A stretch of DNA of 32,000 bases from an uncultured Erysipelotrichaceae bacterium. GTDB taxonomy: Bacteria; Bacillota_I; Bacilli_A; Erysipelotrichales; Erysipelotrichaceae. Shown piece after piece: positions 17,146-25,523 of this stretch. The notes under the pieces were generated by a model. That model made no database searches. It was not told where the DNA came from and saw nothing but the letters and a program-made list of their open reading frames with translations. The position numbers and the translations under genes are program-made. Numbering within the stretch: the stretch's first letter is position 1; every line of letters begins with the position of its first letter. The stretch is from assembly GCA_942493105.1 (NCBI GenBank), contig OW818668.1, positions 1,290,001 through 1,322,000 on the forward strand. The letters run 5' to 3'.

Positions 17146-18402
17146 GTGACTAAAACCAAAGATGTCTTTGATTATTTAAAATCAGCTGATAAGGAAGATA
17201 TCTATACTTCACTGATTCATTATGCTTTTAATGAAAGTGAAACTTTTAGAAGACGATTTTGTCTGTTTTTTGGGGCTCAAGATGATCCACAAGCGAAGTT
17301 ATTGGTGAGACATCCTTTTTATAATCAAAGTAAAATCGCCAAACGTAAAATAAACAAAGATGAAAAAGTCAGTGAAGATCATCAGTCCCATCAGCGTCAG
17401 ATCCCTGATTTGACTTTGGTAACTCAAGATAAGATCTGCATCATAGAATCTAAGCTCTTTTCTCAAGAAGGTTCTTATCAAACCGAAAGATATGGAGATC
17501 ACAGTTTTCTAGAATCCATTAAGAAAGACAAGAAACTTATTTCTTTAAAATTGGATGATGTGAAATTAAATGCGCATCGCTGTCCATCAAAAATCGATCA
17601 ATGTTTATTTTATATGACCATCAACGGGGATCGTGCAGTCAACACAGCCTTTATGAGCATCACTTGGAGTGAACTCATTGAAGAAGTGTTTGTTGAGTTG
17701 GAGGATTTCAATGAGACTTTAAGAATCATTTTGATTCAGATGAAAGAACGTTTTAGTTCGTATCCGATAATGAGACAAGAAATCATAGACACAAAAAACA
17801 ATCAAAGCCTGGATGCCTTTTTACGTCACAGCAGCAAGCATTTCTTACTTGAGAAGGATTATCTCTTGTTTGCCTATTTCAATCAGCTTGAGCCTATTGG
17901 AGCCCTTATGCAAGATCGTGAAGAACTACAAATTGAATTTGTGACAGTACTGGGAAATCGTCAATTGATCATCACATGTAAAGACTGGGAAAGTCCATCC
18001 ATCCAGGAAACATTATTAAATTTTCCTCTAGGAACATCGGTTGATGAAGTGCTACAACAAATGAAGGATGTGCCTTATCCTTTCTCAAAGCTCATCATCA
18101 AAGTCATCAACAATAAAAAAATATCTGTATGTATCAACTATGAACCTAATCCTTATCTTTCTGATTTAAAATTACTTAAAAGATATGGTATAAAAATCAA
18201 AGAACGGTTGAAGCAAGGCAAAGTTCAGTTTGAACAGGCTTTATTAAGGTGTAACATCACTCCTTCATCAACATTGCTTCAAGTCGCTAAAACAGAATTC
18301 TCAAAGAAGGAACATGATTTGGTTGAAAAGGTGACAGATCAAATCAAACAGTATTGCCTAACCATCGATGAACTGATCAAAAAGGAGATCCCTCATGAAT
18401 AG
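17146..18402 (+). CDS. PD-(D/E)xK nuclease superfamily protein (PDDEXK_4/PF14281-like N-terminal domain) with uncharacterised C-terminal half
   Basis: Ordered motif: N-terminal helix KEDIYTSLIHYAF (E17), IPDLTLV (D88), ICIIESKLF (E101-x-K103), then QTERY (112-116). This is the same order as the ..rID-ilie..iiIEnK....q.nQl.rY core I recall for PF14281. GTG start with a weak SD. Confidence 0.6.
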   Translation: MTKTKDVFDYLKSADKEDIYTSLIHYAFNESETFRRRFCLFFGAQDDPQAKLLVRHPFYNQSKIAKRKINKDEKVSEDHQSHQRQIPDLTLVTQDKICIIESKLFSQEGSYQTERYGDHSFLESIKKDKKLISLKLDDVKLNAHRCPSKIDQCLFYMTINGDRAVNTAFMSITWSELIEEVFVELEDFNETLRIILIQMKERFSSYPIMRQEIIDTKNNQSLDAFLRHSSKHFLLEKDYLLFAYFNQLEPIGALMQDREELQIEFVTVLGNRQLIITCKDWESPSIQETLLNFPLGTSVDEVLQQMKDVPYPFSKLIIKVINNKKISVCINYEPNPYLSDLKLLKRYGIKIKERLKQGKVQFEQALLRCNITPSSTLLQVAKTEFSKKEHDLVEKVTDQIKQYCLTIDELIKKEIPHE

Positions 18403-18592
18403 AGTGCCACTAAAAGATGAACATCATAAAATCATAGGGTATGTGGAAACCAAACCCAATGGTCAACAAACATTATCGGATGATCATTATCGTATCTTGG
18501 GCTATTATGATCCTAAGACCAATTACACCACCGATGATCATCACAAAGTCATAGGACATGGGAATATTTTGACCAGTTTGATCCATAAATAA
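18395..18592 (+). CDS. 65-aa His-rich miniprotein with three tandem D-[DE]-H-[HY]-[KR]-[IV]-[IL]-G-[YH] repeats
   Basis: Strong SD AAAGGAGA (18381-18388) 6 nt before the ATG. The ATG overlaps the upstream gene end by 8 nt. Repeats: DEHHKIIGY (aa 8-16), DDHYRILGY (29-37), DDHHKVIGH (47-55). The same periodicity is visible in the DNA (gatgaacatcataaaatcatagggtat / gatgatcattatcgtatcttgggctat / gatgatcatcacaaagtcataggacat). Confidence 0.6.
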   Translation: MNRVPLKDEHHKIIGYVETKPNGQQTLSDDHYRILGYYDPKTNYTTDDHHKVIGHGNILTSLIHK

Positions 18593-18809
18593 GGGTTTTA
18601 TAGGTGATGCATGTTAAAAATGATGGATTTGTTTTGTGATGAAAAACCCATTTTTAACATACTGTAAATAAAACTAAAAAAGGCATAAGAATACACTCAT
18701 CGAGTGTGGTAAAAGCATTAAAAATAGTGTATTGTAGAAATAACTGAAATAAGTATTGACTTAATATCTAGCTTTATTTTTTTGTAGATTTAAAACAATG
18801 GGGAACATC

Positions 18810-21800
18810 ATGAAAAGAAATCACACTGCCTTCTTAAAGCTCATCATCAGTATGCTTTTTATGTTGACGGTATTGGAGCCAGTCAAAGCATTGGAGACAG
18901 GTTTTGGCTCAGATCAAGTCAGACTTCATCTGGCGGTTGATGACTTCACTGCTTTTGCATCATGTGACATCAATGACCCGATCTTAAGTCAAGACGAGGT
19001 ATTGGGGACCGTAAGTCTATTGGTCAATGAAAGTTTAATTGAACAGAAAATTAGCACCTATAGAGCTTGTGATGGGGTATTGGCAGTGTATCAAGATCAT
19101 TTCGCAGCTTTAGATCTTATTCCTACCGATCCCAACTATGCGACCTATCAATTCAATCTAAAAAAGATTGGGCTTGAAGAAGCATGGAACATTACGAAAG
19201 GCAGTACTTCTATCATTGTGGCTGTTGTCGATAGCGGAGTCGATCCTGAAACAACCATCACTGATTTTTCTACAGGGACCATTTTAAAAGGGGTATCCAT
19301 TCTAACCAATGAGACTACCTTCATTCAATCTATAAAAGCAGATACATATGTAGGTCAGTACTCATACGATGGAGGCAGTCATGGGACAGCTGTGGCCTCT
19401 GTGATCGCAGCAGGGATGAACAGTAAAACCATTACAGGCGTGGCCCCTAATGTACGCATTTTGCCTATCAAAGTCTTTAGAGATGAAAAAACGCTCAATG
19501 AAGAAGTACCAGCATTTACAGTAGATGTCAGTAAAGGCATTGTTTGGGCTGTTGATCATGGTGCAGATATCATCAATTTAAGTTTGGGAACCTATGATTG
19601 GGATTATTCTTTGGCTCAAGCCATCCAATATGCAGAATCCAACAATGTACTTGTGGTTGCGGCTTCTGGTAATAATGCAGATCACAATGGTTTATATGGT
19701 AGTCCAAATAATGGGTATATCAGTTACCCAGCTGTATGGGATGAAGTTATAAGTGTTGGTTCCATCACAAAAGATGATAAAGTATCCAATTTCTCAAGCA
19801 CAGGTAATGATGGCTTAGAGTTGGTTGCCTATGGTGATGGGATATGGCTTCCATGGAGCAGTGAAAATAAATATAAAGCAGTCAGCGGAACATCATTTTC
19901 AGCTCCAACCGTTTCAGGCGTCTTGGCTTTGATTTTAAGTGCTTACCCTAACCTGACACCTTTACAAGCCAGAGGAGCTTTGATTTCTGGAGTGACAGAC
20001 ATCAACAATTCCAGCGATACTTCATTGGGTTATGATTCTCACACTGGATATGGCGTCGTCAATGCCGCAAAAGCCCTAGAATTTGCATCAAAAGTTGCCA
20101 CTCTATCGGATCACGATGATGTCTATGAAAATAGCACCATTGTAGAGTTATTGGACGAGGTACAAGGTAATTTGCAGGTCGTTGGCGATCGTGATATGTA
20201 TTGTATAGAAACCGTATTGGCGGCATCGCTTCGTTTTCAAGTAGATGTTGATCAAAGTTATAATATCTCGACCAATCTTAGTAGAAGAAATCCTGATGGG
20301 TCTATGTATCTTTACAGCGATAATGCAACACCGTTTGTTGAAATTGGTGGGGCAAATCCTGGAATCTATTGCGCCATGGTTTATGACCTCAATGGGCGTA
20401 CGACCTCGACAGGCAGACCATATAAAGTCCGATTCACTGCAAGTCCTATTTTTACGATCCCTTCGATTTTGGCCAATACATCGGCAGGAGAACTTTTCAA
20501 TAATGAAATAAGTTTCTATCCTGTTCAGATTACGATTCGTAATTCATATAAAGCAGTGACTAGTGTTACCAAAGATGGCGTTGGAATTGCGATGCCAGAA
20601 AATAAAATCTTTAATGATGAAGGAAAGTATGTCGTTACCGTTGATGATACAAAAAATGATCCAGTTACTTTCAGTTTTGAGATCAAAACCGGATTAATCC
20701 TTAATGGTTTTATCAATGGCCGACTTTATAATAAGCCAATCACCGTCACTTACACGGCTGATTCTGCCACGCTTGATGGCCAACCCTTTGCTTCTGGATC
20801 AACTGTTTCAACAGATGGAACACATGAATTGACCTTTAAGATCGGTGAAAGAACTTATCAAGCCAACTTTAGAATCGATAGGACACCACCCATCATCACA
20901 GGCATGTCCTCTTACTATGTGCTATATGAGTCACAGCCCATCACTTATAATGAGGGGATCGGGTTGATGGATGGGGTTTTCTTTGCCAGTGGCGGTACAG
21001 TAACCACTCAAGGCTATCATTCCTTAAAAGTCACGGATGAAGCGGGAAACTCGACATCTCAAACCATTTTGGTTATTGATGAATTGAATACGCCTTCGGT
21101 TATATCTAAACCAAAATTCGATTCCATTGACTTACAAGTGGATAATCATACTTCATGGACACAATTCTACCGCATTTATCAAGTAGATCCAGTGACTCAT
21201 GAGAAACAATTCATAGTAGATTCTACGAATGCTTATTATGAAATCAAAGACTTAACAGACTTTAATGCGCTGTTGACTTATGAAGTATCTGGTTGTCGTA
21301 CGGTTGATACAGTAACCTTATGTTCAGAGTCAACTTTGATCACAACAAAAACGATGTTGGAAGCAGTTTATGCTGCACCTTCCCGAATCAGTCACAAGTC
21401 TTTCCTTTTCTCTTGGGTAGGAAATAACAATGCGACAGGATATGATATCTTTGTCAATGGGATCTACTTTGATTCTACGACCGAGTTTACATATTTATTA
21501 GAATTATCTGACCCAGAGTCAGAAAACACCTCTTGGAAAGTCGATATTTTGGCAACAAGAATGGATGATGGGGAGAAAATCCTAGGCTCAATAAATCCTG
21601 CTAATACGCAAACATTATGGGTCAGTGTTCCAAGAGTGACCAACATCACGGCACAAATGCTTGAAACCGGTGAGTATAAAATTGATTGGGATCCAGTTCC
21701 GTATGCCACTTCTTATCGGATCACCTTTAAGATCACTGAATCTGGTTATAGTGGATATTCTGGCGACTATGTCACCAACGAACCGACGATCACCGTAAGT

Positions 21801-24800
21801 GGCTTGATGGGTATGACATCCTATAACATTTATGTGTATGCTCGAACGATTTTAATCAATGGGAACCAAATATCAAGTGAGTCCATGATTAAAGGTATAC
21901 GGACCAATCCTTCTAAACCCTTACTAAGTGGATCTTCTACTGGCGCTGATTCAGTAACTTTAACTTGGCCAAGAGCAACATCTGATTTAGGCTATTATAT
22001 ATATGAATATAATAAAAATACAAAAGCATATGATTTGATCCTTGATACTGCGCAAAACACCGCAACCTTTACTGGAAAAACCGTTGGTGAAATCTCAACT
22101 TATAAAGTGAAAGCATATTCAGAATACAATACAGTCAGATTCATCAGTGCTTTCTCAAATGAAGTAGCCTTATCTCCAATGCCGGTTTCAGTCAATGGGT
22201 TCTCTGTGACAACGATCGGTGCTGATCGGATCAGTTTAAACTGGACTGCTCAATCGGGAATCACTGGATATGAAATATTTAAATCGACTACCTTGACTGG
22301 AACTTATACATTAGCACTGGATATAAATTCAGGTCACACTGCGACCATCACCGGTTTGGCTTTTAATGCCAATACCTATTTTAAGATCAGACCTTATCTG
22401 CAAACCAGCTCCACACGTATTTATGGACCATTAACTTCTGCTATTACAGCAAAAACAGCTTTAGAAAACATCGCTAACTTTAAAGCAAGTTCTTCTGCCT
22501 ATAATTCAAATCTGATCACATGGTCGCCAGTTTCTTTGGCTAGTGGTTATGAATTGTGGACATCGACTGGAACCAGTACGACTTATGTCTTGTTGAAGAC
22601 CCAAACTACGACATCATTTACTCACACAACACTCATCACCAATACCCGATACAACTATAAAGTTCGTGCCTATCGCTTGGTTGGAACGATCAAAGTATAT
22701 GGTGCTTATACAAGCGTGTTATCAAGTGTGCCTTTACCAAGTGCCCCTCAAGCAACGGTTGCTTCAGCGGGATACAATGCATTGAAAGTATCTTGGCCAG
22801 TAGTTGTGGGAGCCAATGGATATGAAGTTTCTTATGCATCCATAGAAAACGGAACTTATACAAAACTAGCATTATTGACAACTAACTCTGTGACCATTTC
22901 TAACCTATTGACCAATACCTCTTATTTTGTGAAAGTCAGAGCTTATAGAACGATCAACACCGTAAAGATATACGGTGATGTGTCCTTAGTCGTCTCAGGA
23001 AAGCCAATCCCAAGTACCCCAGTATTGTCCTCTGTTTCACTCGATTATGACAGTGTAAAACTATCATGGACAGCAGTTTTAGGGGCAACAGGCTATGAAT
23101 TGTATCGCCGCAATACCGTATCAGGAAATTATGAACTCATCTTGGATACAACTCTGTTGACGTTTAATGATGACGGTTTAGTCACTGGAGCAGATAGTCT
23201 CTATAAAGTAAAAGCTTATCGATTAGTAGGAGAAGCCAGAATCTATGGTATAGAATCCAGTGTTACAACCATCAAAGCTTTACCATCTTTAGTGATCGGA
23301 TTAAAAACTTTAAATCCAAAATATACAGAACTTAGTTTGTCTTGGAATGCTGTTGCTGGAGCTACTGGTTATGAAATCTCAAGATCGACATCATCGACAG
23401 GGACTTACGTTTCACTTGGAACTGTTGAAGGGAAATTAAGCTTTATCAACACAGGCTTAAGTTTCAATGCGACTTATTACTACAAGGTTCGTCCTTATAC
23501 CACAGTCAATAGTGTGAAAGTCTATGGATCTTGGTCTGCCTATGTTTTAGGAAAAACAGCTTTAGAAACTGTCGTTGGACAAACGGCTGTGTATACTTCA
23601 TACAATTCAAATAAAATCAGTTGGAGTGCTGTCAATGGGGCTTCAGGTTATCAGGTGTATCGTTCGATTAAGACCAGTACGACCTATTCTTTAATCGCGA
23701 CAGTGACTTCAACCAGTTATACCAACACCAGTCTTTATACCAATACTCGATACAATTATAAGATCAGAGCGTATCGTTTGATTGGGACAACTAAGATTTA
23801 TGGACTTTACAGTGCAATTGTTTCTGCGACTCCATTACCTTGGAATCCAACAATTACTGTTGCTTCTTCTGGTTATAATTCGCTTAAAGTATCTTGGCCT
23901 GTTGTGGCAGGAGCCAATGGCTACGAAGTATCCTATGCCACTACAGAAACCGGGACTTATACCAAAATACCATTGGTAACCACCAACAGTGCGACCATTC
24001 CAAACTTATTAACCAATACTTCTTACTACGTTAAAGTCAGAGCTTATAGAACCGTCAGCTATGTCAAGATCTATGGAGCATATTCACTTGTTGTATCAGG
24101 CAAAGCAATCCCAAGTACACCGGTCATGACTTTGATCTCTAATGGTTATGACAGTGTTAAAATCACTTGGCCGGCTGTTTTAGGGGCTACAGGCTATGAA
24201 TTGTATAGAATCAATCCAAGTACACGCAGCTTTGAATTATGCACTGATACGGCTTTATTGACCTATACGCAAACAGGTTTGGTCAGTGGTCAAATCTCTG
24301 AATACATGATCAAAGCTTACCGTTTGATTGGATCAACTAAAGTTTACAGTGTTGATTCATCTGTCAAATCAGTAACACCGATCCCATCTTTGGTCAGTGG
24401 CTTTAAACTGGCCATGCCTTCAGTCACATCTTTGAAGTTAGCTTGGACACCGGTGTTGGGCGCAACAGGTTATGAGATCACTAAAGCTACTTCATCCACC
24501 GGAACCTATAGTTTAATGAAAACTGTTGAAGGATCAAGCGAATTCACAGTGACTGGCTTAACATTCAACACAACGACCTACTACAAGATCCGTGCTTACA
24601 CGACTGTGAATACAACCAAAGTCTATGGTCCAACAAGTTCTGCGATCAGTGCCAAGACCATTCCTAGTACGGTTGTTTTATCAGTCGTCAATACTTCCTA
24701 TTTATCTCATACCTTATCATGGCCTGCCATAGAAGGGGCTTCTGGTTATGAAATCTACAGATCTACAGGAACCAGTACATATTACACCTTGCTTAAAACA

Positions 24801-25487
24801 CAAAGTACCACTTCTTTCCTAAATACTGCATTGGCTTTCAACACCCAATATAACTACAAAGTCAGAGCATATAAATTGGTTGGGACAACCAAAATATATG
24901 GATCCTACTCCAGTATCGTCAGTAAAAAAACCTTGGTCAGTGATCCTTCAGCCATCTTTAGTATGACCCATGATTCAATCACTGTTTCTTGGGCTGCAGT
25001 CATCGGTGCTTCAGGCTATGAGATCTCCATCGCCACATCACTCAATGGAACCTATACTATTTCCACACAAACCACCTTATCAAAAACATACACAGGTTTA
25101 AGTACAGGCACGGCTTACTTTATTAAACTGCGTGCTTATCGATTGGTTTCAACCACCAAAGTCTATAACCTTACGCCAGTGATCATCACGATCACCCCAA
25201 GTTTAAGTGTTCCTGTGATTCAATTGAGCGGCTTGAGCGCGACTTCTGCGACTTTGAGTTGGCTAAGTGTCAGTGGGGCAACAGACTATGAAGTTCGAAT
25301 CAAAAGCGATGCGCCAGATTCAGAGTGGATCGTTGAAAGTGTCAGTGCACTCAGCGCTACCTTTGATGATTTGGATATGAATGCGCATTATACGGCCGAA
25401 GTACGAGCCATAAAAAAAGTCAATGAAGTTTCAATCCCGTCTGCGTATTCAGAACCGATTACCTTCTCTTATTCAGAAACCAGTTAA
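18810..25487 (+). CDS. giant secreted S8 (subtilisin-family) serine peptidase with PPC-like domain, 3 Ig-like modules and 16 FN3 domains
   Basis: Signal peptide MKRNHTAFLKLIISMLFMLTVLEPVKA. Catalytic triad motifs VAVVDSGVD (D145), HGTAVAS (H195), SGTSFSAP (S366), numbered on the track ORF. PPC-like segment about aa 440-550, Ig-like modules about aa 567-761, FN3 array aa 765-2229 (W..v.gA.GYe.yr...Y.vrAy pattern). GGGGAA SD favours ATG 18810 over 18798. Confidence 0.9.
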   Translation: MKRNHTAFLKLIISMLFMLTVLEPVKALETGFGSDQVRLHLAVDDFTAFASCDINDPILSQDEVLGTVSLLVNESLIEQKISTYRACDGVLAVYQDHFAALDLIPTDPNYATYQFNLKKIGLEEAWNITKGSTSIIVAVVDSGVDPETTITDFSTGTILKGVSILTNETTFIQSIKADTYVGQYSYDGGSHGTAVASVIAAGMNSKTITGVAPNVRILPIKVFRDEKTLNEEVPAFTVDVSKGIVWAVDHGADIINLSLGTYDWDYSLAQAIQYAESNNVLVVAASGNNADHNGLYGSPNNGYISYPAVWDEVISVGSITKDDKVSNFSSTGNDGLELVAYGDGIWLPWSSENKYKAVSGTSFSAPTVSGVLALILSAYPNLTPLQARGALISGVTDINNSSDTSLGYDSHTGYGVVNAAKALEFASKVATLSDHDDVYENSTIVELLDEVQGNLQVVGDRDMYCIETVLAASLRFQVDVDQSYNISTNLSRRNPDGSMYLYSDNATPFVEIGGANPGIYCAMVYDLNGRTTSTGRPYKVRFTASPIFTIPSILANTSAGELFNNEISFYPVQITIRNSYKAVTSVTKDGVGIAMPENKIFNDEGKYVVTVDDTKNDPVTFSFEIKTGLILNGFINGRLYNKPITVTYTADSATLDGQPFASGSTVSTDGTHELTFKIGERTYQANFRIDRTPPIITGMSSYYVLYESQPITYNEGIGLMDGVFFASGGTVTTQGYHSLKVTDEAGNSTSQTILVIDELNTPSVISKPKFDSIDLQVDNHTSWTQFYRIYQVDPVTHEKQFIVDSTNAYYEIKDLTDFNALLTYEVSGCRTVDTVTLCSESTLITTKTMLEAVYAAPSRISHKSFLFSWVGNNNATGYDIFVNGIYFDSTTEFTYLLELSDPESENTSWKVDILATRMDDGEKILGSINPANTQTLWVSVPRVTNITAQMLETGEYKIDWDPVPYATSYRITFKITESGYSGYSGDYVTNEPTITVSGLMGMTSYNIYVYARTILINGNQISSESMIKGIRTNPSKPLLSGSSTGADSVTLTWPRATSDLGYYIYEYNKNTKAYDLILDTAQNTATFTGKTVGEISTYKVKAYSEYNTVRFISAFSNEVALSPMPVSVNGFSVTTIGADRISLNWTAQSGITGYEIFKSTTLTGTYTLALDINSGHTATITGLAFNANTYFKIRPYLQTSSTRIYGPLTSAITAKTALENIANFKASSSAYNSNLITWSPVSLASGYELWTSTGTSTTYVLLKTQTTTSFTHTTLITNTRYNYKVRAYRLVGTIKVYGAYTSVLSSVPLPSAPQATVASAGYNALKVSWPVVVGANGYEVSYASIENGTYTKLALLTTNSVTISNLLTNTSYFVKVRAYRTINTVKIYGDVSLVVSGKPIPSTPVLSSVSLDYDSVKLSWTAVLGATGYELYRRNTVSGNYELILDTTLLTFNDDGLVTGADSLYKVKAYRLVGEARIYGIESSVTTIKALPSLVIGLKTLNPKYTELSLSWNAVAGATGYEISRSTSSTGTYVSLGTVEGKLSFINTGLSFNATYYYKVRPYTTVNSVKVYGSWSAYVLGKTALETVVGQTAVYTSYNSNKISWSAVNGASGYQVYRSIKTSTTYSLIATVTSTSYTNTSLYTNTRYNYKIRAYRLIGTTKIYGLYSAIVSATPLPWNPTITVASSGYNSLKVSWPVVAGANGYEVSYATTETGTYTKIPLVTTNSATIPNLLTNTSYYVKVRAYRTVSYVKIYGAYSLVVSGKAIPSTPVMTLISNGYDSVKITWPAVLGATGYELYRINPSTRSFELCTDTALLTYTQTGLVSGQISEYMIKAYRLIGSTKVYSVDSSVKSVTPIPSLVSGFKLAMPSVTSLKLAWTPVLGATGYEITKATSSTGTYSLMKTVEGSSEFTVTGLTFNTTTYYKIRAYTTVNTTKVYGPTSSAISAKTIPSTVVLSVVNTSYLSHTLSWPAIEGASGYEIYRSTGTSTYYTLLKTQSTTSFLNTALAFNTQYNYKVRAYKLVGTTKIYGSYSSIVSKKTLVSDPSAIFSMTHDSITVSWAAVIGASGYEISIATSLNGTYTISTQTTLSKTYTGLSTGTAYFIKLRAYRLVSTTKVYNLTPVIITITPSLSVPVIQLSGLSATSATLSWLSVSGATDYEVRIKSDAPDSEWIVESVSALSATFDDLDMNAHYTAEVRAIKKVNEVSIPSAYSEPITFSYSETS
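22179..25199 (+). repeat. intragenic higher-order tandem repeat: four-FN3-domain unit (about 1101 nt / 367 aa) present 2.75 times
   Basis: Domain types recur in the order D-A-B-C. D starts at aa 1128, 1495 and 1862 (nt 22179, 23280, 24381). For example, aaaacagctttagaaaac at about 22451 matches aaaacagctttagaaact at about 23555, and gtatcttggccagtagttgtgggagccaatggatatgaagt at about 22789 matches gtatcttggcctgttgtggcaggagccaatggctacgaagt at about 23888. Confidence 0.85.
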
Positions 25488-25492
25488 AGTTT

Positions 25493-25523
25493 AAGCCAAC
25501 CGAATTCGGTTGGCTTGTTTTTT
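25493..25523. terminator. strong GC-containing terminator between the convergent protease and rluA-like genes
   Basis: aagccaaccg-aatt-cggttggctt followed by gtttttt. It sits 5 nt after the protease stop and abuts the rluA-like stop on the other strand. Confidence 0.85.

Noticed and set aside
18756-18797. TTGACT at 18756 considered as the -35 of the protease promoter
   Set aside because: There is no acceptable -10 hexamer at 16-19 nt spacing; the nearest TAGATT is 23 nt away. The promoter is therefore not called.
21090-25487. Regular DNA repeats considered as a possible CRISPR array or satellite
   Set aside because: The periodicity (about 275 nt domains, about 1101 nt super-unit) lies entirely within one long open reading frame and encodes FN3 domains. 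There are no short identical direct repeats with unique spacers.
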